The notes beneath the pieces are model-generated. The model saw only the letters and a list, made by a program, of their open reading frames with translations. It did no database searches and had not been told where the DNA came from. 64,000 nucleotides of DNA from Octopus sinensis. Lineage: Eukaryota. Both the position numbers and the translations under genes were made by a program. The number at the start of each line of letters is the position of its first letter. Within the stretch, counting starts at the first letter, position 1. This document shows, piece after piece, positions 52,679 to 64,000 of the stretch. The stretch is taken from the NCBI RefSeq assembly GCF_006345805.1, contig NC_043002.1:2604001-2668000 (forward strand), read 5' to 3'.

Positions 52679-52883
52679 AGGTAAAGATTAAGCGTTTAAA
52701 ATATTAAATTCTCAGTGAAACGAGTTTCTGGTAATGTTGTACGACAGAGAAGAAATTCGGAAACAATATTAGAATTGATGATGTCATTATTGAAATATTT
52801 ATCAGATCGCAGAAAAGAATTCTTAGAGAATTCAGCAGAGACACTTTTTCTATTTAGAGCTGACTCCATCCTTATCTACCTTG

Positions 52884-52926
<43 letters not shown>

Positions 52927-54285
52927 ATTGCGTGTAATATGTATGTTGTGCGCGTTGTGGGGCGCGCGTGCTCGTGTGTGGTTGAATAATGAAGGAAAGA
53001 ATGAGGATGTATATGGATGTTCCCACAGCTGGTGGCCGTTACCATGACAACGTTCAAATGCCCAATCGACTTTATTCGTGATATTTAGTCCAGTGTATAT
53101 TATTTAGTGATTGCTGTTCTTGACTCTAGGGTGGTTCATTGTTGAATCTGTTATTCGGGTGATCCTTCTGGTTTACCTTAAGTGATGACGTGTTCCTGAC
53201 CCTTAACTAAAACACACAGGCACAACTTATTCAGTGCGGATGGGTGGGGGTGTCTTAATCTTGCCCATTCTAAGTTAGATGTGATTAAATCTATAGTTCT
53301 ATGGTTTTATGCAGACATCCAGGTGGATGTGAGGCAAGGGCAGGCTGCAAAGAGAAGCGATATCTTTTTTTTGCCACTTTAATGCTTCCTGTGAACATGG
53401 ATCAGCATTTGTCCTGTTTCAGGCTATACTTATTCACAAGGTAGATACGTATGGAGCCAAGCCAAGCCAAGCCAAGCCAAGCCAAGAAATATGTCTCTGC
53501 TGAATTCTCTAAGAATTCTTTTCTGCGATCTGATAAATATTTCAATAATGACATCATCAATTCTAATATTGTTTCCGAATTTCTTCTCTGTCGTACAACA
53601 TTACCAGAAACTCGTTTCGCTGAAAATTTAATACTTTTAACGCTTAATCTTTATCTCACGCACACACACATACACACACTCACACACACACACACACACA
53701 CATACTGTATATGCTTCAGATTATGTTGGTAGGGTGCAGTGTATCCAGACTTGGCAGACCTCACCAAGGTTGTATCGAAGATCAACAATTATTCGTGCCG
53801 CGAGTCTCACCTTTACACACCATCGATGGAATGCAAAAATGTAAAATCAAGGACCGTTACAGTGTCGACGTAGCAGTGACCTTAATATCTGTAATCAAAC
53901 TACATTAAATTTATCTTACATGTTTCTCAAAGAAGCTATTTGAGCACAAAAATACTCTAAAGTGTGTAATAAAGCCGCCGACTTATAAACTAAAAGTAAG
54001 TCAAAATATTTCAGCAAAGTACTAGTTTGTGACTGATTTAAGTAGCGATTGCTATGAAGTTCACTTCCTAGAGATTGGCGAGGGGCGCTCATGCACTGAA
54101 GAATGGCCAACTAGTCATCCCTGCTGTACTCTTTCGCCACAACTTTCTCTCACTCTTTCTCCTGTTGGTCTGCTCGCTTAGCCAGCTGGGTGGCGTCGTT
54201 TGAAGGCTAAAACAATGCGAAGTGCATTGCGACCAGCGATGTCTAGCAACATTTGATAGCCTGGTCGGTCACGGTGATCACGGTG

Positions 54286-54325
<40 letters not shown>

Positions 54326-54430
54326 GAGTGAGTGGACAAAGGAAAGAAAGGCACTCAACCAATTTATTGGGAGTTACATATATAGAACAAAACAGATCAA
54401 ACTGTTTTGATCTATACACGCACATACATA

Positions 54431-54475
<45 letters not shown>

Positions 54476-56167
54476 TATATATATATTATATATATATATT
54501 ATATTATATTATATTATATATATTATATATATACATATATATATATATATATGTGTGTGTGTGTATACATATATAAATATATATATTGTGTGTATATATG
54601 AATATATATATATATATATATGATATAGATATGGGTACGTATGTATGCATATTGATGTTAGATGTGTTGTGTCTATATAACTAGGCTTCGTTTCCGAATG
54701 TCTAAACACATTAGTGAAATACTCGCTCTCCACTTGACGTCTGCTTTTGTTTTGCTTTATTGTTATTGAAGAGTTTTGTCGATTTGTTTTACATGACAGA
54801 TAAACTCACAGTTACACAGACGTATGTGCGATAAATACATTTCTATTCAAACAATGCAAAACTTGGTAGAAGCCGAGTAAATCTTATTGAAATGATGATT
54901 ATGCGGTGATATGTATATATGTAAGCGAAACCTCACCTTTCTGTGCCCTTCTCTATGTCAAACTATAGAAATTTCGATGAGTAACAATTTTAAGGACAAA
55001 AAAGAAGGACGCTAACACTCCGAAACTGGGGCTTGGAAGAAGAATCCTTAAAAAATAAGGAAAATGCTCTCCTTCCAAAGCAATTTCCATCACCTGTCTA
55101 CAGATCGACAATTTGTAGAAATATATATTTGCTTTCATGAAAATGATTAAATATATTAAATAAAGGTTAGAAAAATACATTATTCCTAATTTAAATGAAA
55201 CTCAAGATATAACAGGTTTGTTGTGCTTTTATGCAATTTTGCAGCTTTTCAGTTACACGCTTCTAATTTGTCTAATATCTCTATATTTGCATAAATAATA
55301 CAAGAACGGTACTTTTAACAGAACTTCTAAACATCAAACACTTTTGCCATTTGCCACCTTTCAACTGTTTCTCTTCTCGTTCTCTCCCAGCATCAAAATC
55401 TACACTTCATACGTACTACATACGTACATACGTACTCACTTAGTCTACACGTGAGTACGTATGTATGCTTGTATGCGTGTAGCTGCGTGTGCGTGTGTAT
55501 ATGTGCGCGTGTATATGGGTGTATGTATCCATGCGGGTGCGTATGCACACGATGACCATTTAATACGTTACGAAGAACTAGATAAGCTGCTCAACAACTC
55601 TAATTTACAATACACTAGGTCCCCAGACGCCCCGATTGATTTATGACACCCAAGACTTCTACAACCAGAATTTGTCATTTTCCTGACCACCATGTTTGGT
55701 CCGTAACTACTATATATCCCTTATCCTTATATTCTTTTACACTTTTTATTTTTATTTTTATTTTTATAACTTTATACCTTTATATTCATTTATATTTTTT
55801 ATATTTTTTATATCTCTTTATATCTTTATACCCTACATTTTTATATTTTTCTATACTTACACTTTTTATATATATTTTTTATCCTTCGTCCTGAATTCTC
55901 GCCCCTCCATCTTTATCTCTATTTACTCTTATTACCAAGTTCCTTCACGGCTGTCTGTATTTATATATTTATATATGTATATATTTATTTATTAATTTAT
56001 TTATATTACTTCAACATCCAAACTTCCTCATTCTACATTGAGAGAAGAACGAGATGGACGCTTCATTTTTATGCTGTTGCCGCATTTCGTCGTACGCGAA
56101 TGAGAGGGTTTGCATCCCCAACCAAGAATTTTTGATGTAATACATGTCCTTGAAGAAGTAGTTGTGC

Positions 56168-56245
56168 GCGGCTGAAGAAGGCCACAGACACACATTATGC
56201 ATTGTTATAAATCCGTCTAATAAAGGCCCGAAACATATGTACCGC
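56168..56245 (+). ncRNA. Type-I hammerhead ribozyme motif with a 41-nt loop II
   Basis: GCGG [CTGAAGA] A-GGCC..41 nt..GGCC-C [GAA] ACATATGT [A56241] CCGC. The core is intact, stem III is palindromic and the triplet is GUA; there is an A.C mismatch at 10.1/11.1. Confidence 0.7.
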
Positions 56246-56347
56246 TGAATCCTGGGCATCATGTTTTTATTTTGATTAATTTACTCCACCACCTACACCA
56301 CCAAACGGTATATACAGGTGCTTACAATTATCAAGTACTCACCCCGA

Positions 56348-56379
<32 letters not shown>

Positions 56380-56474
56380 CGGGAAGCTTTATGAAAATAA
56401 ACAAAAGACGAAGGCAGGTGGAAAACAAACGAACAATTGTATTAGTATGGCGCTCAGGAAATATAAATAAAACA

Positions 56475-56514
56475 AGTCTTTAACGTTTCGAGCCTACGCT
56501 CTTCAGCAGAAAGA
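56475..56514 (-). ncRNA. Minimal hammerhead-like motif in a (TA)n-flanked Penelope-like fragment (56340-56585)
   Basis: Minus strand TCTTTCTG [CTGAAGA] GCGTAGGCTC [GAA] ACGTT-A-AAGAC. The core is intact but stems I and II are weak. Confidence 0.45.
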
Positions 56515-56689
56515 TACACAGAGAGAGAAAAACACAGAAAGAAGGAGAGAAAAAAAATGCGTGCAGTAGCTAACGAATCAACATTATATATATATATACA
56601 TCCTTAAAATCCTTTAAAATGTTTCAGCCCGAAAGCTGCGGCCATGCTGGAGCACCACTGTTCACTGTGCTACACTAGTATGTGAAACG

Positions 56690-56845
56690 ACCTCTGATAC
56701 GTGGCACTTGGTCAACAAGGGTGTTTGACGCCGCTGCCCGCATCTGTGTGTCCTGCCGAGAGGTAGGTTCATCTGGAACCCCTGACAAGAAGAGATCAAC
56801 TTTAGTTTTAAAGAAACCCACATCCACACCATGCAGGTCTCTCAG
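56690..56845 (-). mobile_element. CR1/L2-group (Crack/Daphne-like) LINE ORF C-terminus
   Basis: LRDLHGVDVGFFKTKVDLFLSGVPDEPTSRQDTQMRAAASNTLVDQV matches the FKxxLDxxLxxVPDEP..RAAxSNSLxDQ terminal motif. Confidence 0.7.
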
Positions 56846-58638
56846 ATAATGTTATTCTGAAAGCTTTTAATGCGTACATTTCAGATGATTATGTAATACA
56901 CAGGAAATAATTCTATCATTAGACGAAGAAAAAACCGTCAGGGGAGAATTTTTGCCTGTTTTTCGGATGACATGTAGATACATTTTTGACCGTTTTTCCT
57001 CGTATTCCACTGCGGACAGAGCACGAGTGAAAGATCGAACTTGAATTTCGATTCCATTTAGAAGTATATACTCTTCCTTCTCCTCCTCTTCCTCCCCCTT
57101 GCCATAGATTAATACGTAGCTAATGGCTCTCTAAGCCCGCCGAATAGGGTAGTGTAAGCGGATTGTATATATCAATATACATTCAGACGTACAAATATAT
57201 GTGTGAACGTGCGTGTGTGTATGTATGGTGTATGCAAAGTGTACCCACTAATGCCATATTCTGTTGTTTGACCTAATTTTAAAAACATATTAGCATTTTA
57301 ATTTTCTGCGCCACATTCTCCCTTAATATTTCAATCAGGAGAAGTGAATCATTTTCGCTGTATTCTGTATTTATCACGAATATTCTGGATTGCCGCTCTT
57401 TGCAAAACAACTTCTCACTTCTTGGACAATATCTCTTTTATCTTCAGTACAATTTAGCCAAACAATTAATTTTCTTTGTTGTCTTTACATTATTAATCAG
57501 TAAAACAAGTCGACTGGTTTAGCATCCAGCTATAATCATTTAAAGATCTTCTAAAAATCAATATTATTTACTCACCTCTACAACATTACAATTCTTTAAT
57601 CTTTCCTGTACACATCATGTCTGCGACCATCCTTAATGTTCAACAGAAAATCGGTTTCTATTATTTTGTAAAGTATTGGTAATTTTCACAAAAAATTCGT
57701 TGTGATAATATCACTGTTTCAGAGTGTATATGTGTCCATAAACAGCCGTGAAGTATGATGACTTTTGAGTTACCAGATGTGTTTCGATTCTTTGTTGAAA
57801 TAGCGTAACACAGTTTGACGAAAACAGGTTTTCCTTATCCCACCTCCTTCATTTTTTTTTCATGATATAAATAACTCTGTTGTCCACGAGAAACAACAAG
57901 TTATTCTTGACGAACCAAGAAATAAATGACTGCATTATTCTTTAGGTCTCCTCCAGGGAATTAGGCTGGGAAGGGAATAATTACAGTTACCACTTTTTTT
58001 CTAAAGACACCGCCAGACACTCTTTCTACGACAGTGTCATACATATGAAATATTCACGACCCTACGAGAACTCTCAAATGTTAGAAACCGCCCTTAAACC
58101 GCGGCCTACCATTTTGAAAAGATGCGAAGCAGGGATTGCAATTTCGGATAGACTCGTTCTGGAAATGAAGCGGAATTGTCAAAGCTTTAATCTTTTAAAG
58201 GCTGGTCTGAAGTTTCTTCTTGATTGTGGCTGGTTTATGACTATCATCTGTAATATTCCCCCACCCTTCCCCGATACTCTTTTCAATATTCGCTTCTACA
58301 AAGAAATTATGTTCGCCGGTTCGCTGCGGTATAGCGCTTTGAATACAACTCCCTCATAGCACTGAGTGTTACTTGAGAGTTATAGACACCTCCAGGCGAG
58401 TTGCCTCGCTTGTCTATGCCTCTTTCAGGTCCTTTAACACCCAGCGTAATGAATGAGTCGTCCCCTCAGGCGCTACGCCGTAGCGAACCGGTGAACAGGA
58501 AAAACACATGCACTGAGTACGCGCCGTCGATAATATATATTTGTGTGTGTGCGTGCGTGCGTGTGTGTACATGCACTTATATACTTACATATAAAAATTT
58601 ATATGCATATATATATATATATATGTACATATATATAG

Positions 58639-58694
<56 letters not shown>

Positions 58695-58730
58695 GAGAGA
58701 TTATATATATACATGATTATGTATATATAC

Positions 58731-58774
<44 letters not shown>

Positions 58775-59212
58775 TGTGTGGCTCTGGCTTTTGTTAGACA
58801 GAGCTCAGTGCCGTGCTTTGTCGACTACAATTGAGTAAATCGACTTTTGTGTATTAATTATGCTTATTCTATATTCTTTGGCAGAGACTAAGCTGGAAAT
58901 GTCAAAATGGCGACGGTTGGAACTGGAAGGGCTTACAAATGTAATGTAGTCTGCTTGTTCAGCCACCGACGCCACCCTCAGCATATAATGTGGTTATTGT
59001 TGTGTAAAATCTATGGAGATCGTTAACCCAAGAAAAATGTCATAGAAAGTAGCGAGAGAATGGTAAAATGGTAATAGTTTAAAGATATTCATTGAAAATG
59101 GTTAACTTCAAGGATTTGTTTACTTATCATCATTTGTTAACAGAAAGCGAAACCGTATGCAGTCCAGTTAGAGAATGCTTCATTATGTTCCACTACCTAG
59201 CCCTAAAGGAAC

Positions 59213-59600
59213 AGGCGTTGCTGTGTGGTAAGAAGCTTGCTTGCCAATCACATGGTTCTGGGTTCAGTCCCTCTGTGTAGTATTGTTGGCCAGTGTCGTC
59301 AGCTATAGCCTCCGGCATGACCAAGCTCTTGTGAATAGATTTAATAGACGGAAACAGAAAGAAGCCCCTCATATATGACTGTGTCTTTGTGCCCCTTTGT
59401 CCCCCACTACTACCTGACAACCGTTGCTGGCGTGCTTACTGCCCCGTAACTTAGCCGTTCGGTAAAAAAAAAACGATAGAATAAGAACCAGGCTTTCGAA
59501 AAGCTAAGTACTGTGTTTGATTCATTCAACTAAAAACAAATTTTTCGAAGCGATGCCCCAGCATGGCCGCAATCTAATGACTGAAACAAACAAAAGGTAA
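59213..59600 (+). mobile_element. Full-length CORE-type SINE family A
   Basis: GTGTGGTAAGAAGCTTGCT..GGGTTCAGTCC head through GCATGGCCGCAATCTAATGACTGAAAC tail. Confidence 0.8.
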
Positions 59601-60144
59601 AGGATAAGTTCTAGACCCATCGACGACGCACTTGAATTGCGGGATCGATAAAATATTTTCGATAATAAAGTAGGACTGTGCGATCAATATTGGTTTCTGC
59701 AACATGCACGGAATTTTAAAATTGGAAAGAAGTCTTTCGGAAGTAATAAATGACAGCTAATTATTAGCGGAATGTTTGACTTGAGACGTTGCTCGTCATC
59801 TCACACCTCACTAAATAGCAGAAGGTGTGCTTGAAATATAAAACATGGCTAATTAGTTAGTTAGTTTGACAGCTTAAAGGACACCCAGTCGACAGCTAAA
59901 GCTGGCACTGTTTTTCATTTAAAGACATTTAACTATAAGGTGCTGAAGCAGAGGAATTCGGGGAAAGGAGTGATATTCTGCTTCGGCTAAAGATAGACAC
60001 GTACTAAAACAATGGCGTAAACATTATGCGGTGAGAAAGAATGGAAGTCTAACGTTTTGATTACCTGAATTTCACCTGCTCTGTTAAACAGCTTGGTTAC
60101 CTGAATACTGCTGGAAAAAGAAACACCCAGCCAACACAGTAGGG

Positions 60145-60287
60145 TGGGTGGCGTTATGAATGGCATCCAACCGTAGAAACCATGCCAAGGCCCTGGAGAT
60201 CAGTGAAGTCTTTTGGACATATCGGTTCCTCTCAAACGGGCCAACCGAAGCCAACATGGAACACGAATGTTGAATGATGACGATGGC

Positions 60288-60319
<32 letters not shown>

Positions 60320-60350
60320 CGACGACGACGACGACGATGATGATGATAAT
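60145..60350 (+). mobile_element. Family D repeat 3' part with (GAT)n tail
   Basis: GGTGGCGTTATGAATGGCATCCAACCGTAGAAAC..CCAACATGGAACACGAATGTTGAATGATGAC(GAT)n. Confidence 0.65.
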
Positions 60351-60479
60351 GGCGATGATCTTCAGAAAGAGCGACAGTGTGTATACATAGGAATGTTGTT
60401 GTTTAGTTTAAATCATTATTAATGAGGGACGTAGAAGAATGATATTGAGAACCTGGGTGAATCAAACGTTTTTTGTTTT

Positions 60480-61085
60480 TTTTCATAATCTTTTCAGATG
60501 ATTTTCGGCGACTTGTGTCTCCGTAATATATCGTTAATTTGATACAACTTGTTTTCCAATCGTTGTTGAAATGCTTATTCTTCATTTTCACAATTAACAA
60601 ATAAATATTAGTTCTTCATTCTTATTTCACAACTTTGATAATGAGTGATGAAAAAATTGCAGTTAGACCCATTTTAAGCAACCTAGGGAAAGAAGGACTG
60701 AATGTAAAGGGCAGCGACAAAAGAAATTAAGGATATGGAAGGCCCAGGAACTGTCAATGAATGTGTAACACAGAACTGGTTCAGACGTTTCAAGGACGGT
60801 GACACCAGCCTCGAAGACAAAGCAAGGTCAGGGAAACCTTCTGCAGTGGAAGATGAGATCTTACTTGAAATGTTTGAACAACAGCTAAGCACAAGCACTC
60901 GTACATTGTCCTCAGTACTTGGTCCTTCACGTAGCACCGGAAATCGACACCTCCATCGCTCGGTCTTGTGAACAGACACGGTCAAGAAGCTAGGTTCAAC
61001 GACGTGTGAACATTTGCAAACAATTGCTGGCAAATCCCTGTGTTTTGGGCGTCGAATTGTAACTGGGAACGAAAATTGGATCTGC
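60480..61085 (+). mobile_element. Mariner transposase N-terminal remnant (HTH through first catalytic motif)
   Basis: MSDEKIAVRPIL..GPGTVNECVTQNWFRRFKDGDTSLEDKARSGKPSAV..STRTLS..RIVTGNENWI. Confidence 0.85.
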
Positions 61086-61089
61086 AGTT

Positions 61090-61617
61090 AAGGTGATGGC
61101 CTCAGGTTTTTGGGGTGCAAAAGGCATTGTGTTTATTGACTGCCTTCAAAAGGGCCACACCATCAACAAAGAGTACTCTGCCAACTTGCCGTGGTGGTTA
61201 TGAAAAGCTATCATGACCAAACACCCAGGAAAACTGAGGAAAGGGATCTTGCTTCATGAGGACAATGCTACAGCCACAAGTCCTTGGTTAAATGGCTGCT
61301 GTGCATAACTGTCACCTTGAACTGGTTGATTGGCCTCCCCTTCTGTTGATCTGGCCTCATCTGGCTAGCATCTGTCCCCTAACAGGAAAAACATTTGGCT
61401 GGGAACCAGTATCACAGTAATGATGTCACATCTGCTTTTGATGACTTTTTGACCCACAGGATGAGAGATTCTTCACCAGCGAGATCCTAGCACTGCCGAA
61501 CCAATGAAAGAAGTGTGAAGACTACAAGGGGGACAATGTCGAAAAATAAAACCTCATTTGGTCACATTGCATGAGAGTATCTTGGTCAGCCTATTAACTT
61601 TTCAGCCGACCTGCGTA
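61090..61617 (+). mobile_element. Mariner transposase C-terminal remnant plus right TIR
   Basis: KVMASGFWGAKGIVFIDCLQKGHTINKEYSANL..KHPGKLRKGILLHEDNA..HLAGNQY..GDNVEK*, then TIR AACTTTTCAGCCGACCTGCGTA. Confidence 0.85.
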
Positions 61618-61631
61618 CATATACACACAAA

Positions 61632-61719
<88 letters not shown>

Positions 61720-61720
<1 letters not shown>

Positions 61721-61824
61721 TTATTATATAGAAGGAGCTTCTACAGGACTAGAACTGTTTCATTCAAGAGAAATCTTCGAATGAAACAGTTCTAGTCCTG
61801 TAGAAGCTCCTTCTATATAATAAA
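61720..61824. repeat. Near-perfect fold-back (45-bp arms) containing a hammerhead relic at the apex
   Basis: TTTATTATATAGAAGGAGCTTCTACAGGACTAGAACTGTTTCATTC / GAATGAAACAGTTCTAGTCCTGTAGAAGCTCCTTCTATATAATAAA. The spacer AAGA-GAAA-TCTT-C itself pairs. The right arm continues to (TA)n at ~61895. Confidence 0.9.
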
Positions 61825-61891
61825 TTAATTTTACTCTGCTATGTATTGAGTACCTTATTTACTGTGGTTAACCCCGAATCAACCCGGGACC

Positions 61892-61933
<42 letters not shown>

Positions 61934-62352
61934 TTGTGTGTGTGCGCGTGCGAATGTATGCACACATTAGCAGGCGTACTCAACTGATTTGGTTCTACAG
62001 AAATCGCATTCTTAAAGATGTCCCTCAGGTTTTTAATAAAATTCAATTCCCAATAGAAGAGATGTGCCAAGTTCCGTATTATGAGGCAGTTTACCTGTTG
62101 TGTATTCCTCAGATTGGTATTGCGAGGAGGTGGTAAACACACGCAAAAAAAAAAACAATGTAAATTTGCCTGGATGAATCATAAAGAATTCCATTTGGTT
62201 CCACATGATGGACATATGAGAATGCTGGAATGGTATCCATTGAGTGACATCTTTAAATGGAGTTTGAAGAAATAAACATTTTTACGGCAAAGTAGAGCAA
62301 CATGGTTGGGCAAGTTTCAGCGTTGCATGATTATCGACTGAAATATTCCAAT

Positions 62353-62460
62353 GTAGAACACCTGGTCTTCGTAGATCACCTGGTCTTCGTAGAACACCTG
62401 GTCTTCGTAGAACACCTGGTTTTCGTAGAACACCTGGTTTTCGTAGAACACCTGGTCTTC
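62353..62460. repeat. 18-bp minisatellite, 6 copies, GTAGAACACCTGGTCTTC
   Basis: Six contiguous units with single-base variants and no spacers. Confidence 0.95.
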
Positions 62461-63224
62461 ATTTCATTCCACGCTTATTTCTTCGTGTTGGCAAATATAA
62501 CTAACAAGCAATTCCTGGTACTCCATAGGTAGAGAAATGACCGGAATCGCCCACCCCTTCCTCTTCCTGAGAACCAAATATTCCATATTGCGAGTGATTC
62601 CTAAAGAGGAGATTTTTGCTGAAGAAATCACAAACAATATTGAAATGTTCGCTGGATTCATTTGTTGAACGGTAAGTTGACAAACTGAGTACATTTGCAC
62701 GTCGAGTACATGATACAGAAAGGACTGAATGGAATGGGAATGAAATGGGTGCTAAACATAGCGTTGATGAAAATAAAACAGTTTGTGTGAAAACTAAGAA
62801 TGTGAATGACAAATGAGTGTTTTGACAGCAACAAAATTACTATTGTAAATCACGTCAACAGCGAAAAATTCCATATTCGCCGTTAATATATTTTCTATAC
62901 ACGAGGCTCTTCTAAAAGATAACACGAGATAGTTTTGTTTAAAACAAAAACATCACAAACCACATGATAAGTTCGACGTCTAAGAATACGTTGCAAGAAG
63001 AATGTCGGCATGTGGGGGAGCTTAATAAGGCAATGATAGTAAAGACTGGTCTCTACATTTCTAACACAAACGGTACAAGACTTGGTTGACGAAGATCGGA
63101 CAGAATGTAATAAAGCGTTTGTCAAAAAAAGCAACAAAATTAATTAAGTTACGAATAATGAAAATATGAAATATGATTGGAGGCGGAAGTTGTTTTGGAA
63201 TCAGTAAAGTATGTCGGTGAGGGT

Positions 63225-63314
63225 GAGAAGCGGGGAGAAGCGGGGAGAAGCGGGGAGAAGCGGGGAGAAGCGGGGAGAAGCGGGGAGAAGCGGGGAGAAG
63301 CGGGGAGAAGCGGG
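63225..63314 (+). repeat. 10-bp tandem repeat (GAGAAGCGGG)x9
   Basis: Nine perfect units producing G4 runs separated by AGAAGC. Confidence 0.95.
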
Positions 63315-63552
63315 GAGATGGGGATGTTTCCAGCTCTTTGCAGTAACTACACTTACCGGCAGATAAAAAGATACGGTAGCAACAACAACAACAACAACAA
63401 CAGCAACGAACACACTGACGGCATAGAAGCCGATTCGGTTGAACGACTAGAATGGAATACTCTTATGGGACCAACAATTCCGTGAATTGAATTCCGACAA
63501 TTATAAATTCTGGCCTGGGTGAGAAGACGAAGTACAAGTAACAGCACTCAAA

Positions 63553-63790
63553 GGCGGCGAGCTGGCAGAGTGGTTAGCACGCCGGACGAAATGCTTAGCA
63601 GTATTTTGTCTGCCGCTACGTTCTGAGTTCAAATTCCGCCGAGGTCGACTTTGCCTTTCATCCTTTCGGGGTCGATTAAATAAGTACCAGTTATGCACTG
63701 GGGTCGATGTAATCGACTTAATCCGTTTGTCTGTCCTTGTTTGTCCTCTCTGTGTTTAGCCCCTTGTGGGTAGTAAAGAAATAGAAATAG
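63553..63790 (+). mobile_element. Intact tRNA-headed SINE family B with Tx1-like 3' tail
   Basis: GGCGGCGAGCTGGCAGAGTGG (A box), GAGTTCAAATTCC (B box), GCCTTTCATCCTTTCGGGGTCGATTAAATAAGTACC core, and tail CCTTGTTTGTCCTCTCTGTGTTTAGCCCCTTGTGGGTAGTAAAGAAA. Confidence 0.9.
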
Positions 63791-64000
63791 ATATGCATAA
63801 CAGCATTTGTTATGGAAGAGTAAGTTACTATCACTCGAAATACTGACAGGAATATCCACCATTACAACATTATGGAAGATAAATATCGCCTTTGTAGTGT
63901 TTTCGGGAACAATGGAGCACGTTGTATCAGTGAAATCTCCTTGGAAGCTCAATAATGAAACAAAAATACTTCTATATACGCCGGACCAACAAATCTCAGC

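Noticed and set aside
62353-62460. CRISPR-like regular repeat
   Set aside because: Units are contiguous with no unique spacers, there are no cas genes, and the context is eukaryotic.
62898-63140. TACACGAGG start resembling a mariner TIR
   Set aside because: No matching second TIR or transposase motif found.
63553-63640. tRNA gene (A and B boxes)
   Set aside because: No cloverleaf, and it runs directly into the SINE body; the same applies to the other SINE heads.

Overview
AT-rich, microsatellite-dense eukaryotic non-coding DNA. The recurring SINE families match what I recall as octopus repeats, so the source is probably a coleoid cephalopod (Octopus sp.); this is recognition from memory, not a database result. 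I can support no complete host gene. Almost all ORF-track entries are translations of (TA)n, (CA)n, (GATA)n, (AAT)n, (GAT)n and similar repeats. The real coding remnants are transposon-derived: R4/Dong-like and CRE-like RLE retrotransposons, L1-Tx1, CR1/L2-group and RTE tails, and Tc1 and mariner transposases. The most striking signal is invisible to the ORF track. At least five different (TA)n-embedded repeat families carry minimal type-I hammerhead ribozyme motifs, most with self-complementary stem III, the form known from Penelope-like element pLTRs. Several sit in long fold-back palindromes whose apex falls at or inside the ribozyme. Separately, two L1-Tx1 copies are each embedded in a (GATA)n tract, and a tRNA-headed SINE carries a ~50-nt 3' tail homologous to that Tx1 3' end. 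One isolated 72-nt AG/GT-bounded segment encodes a cbEGF-like motif and is the only weak host-exon candidate. Folds and alignments were done by eye, and element boundaries are approximate unless bases are quoted.
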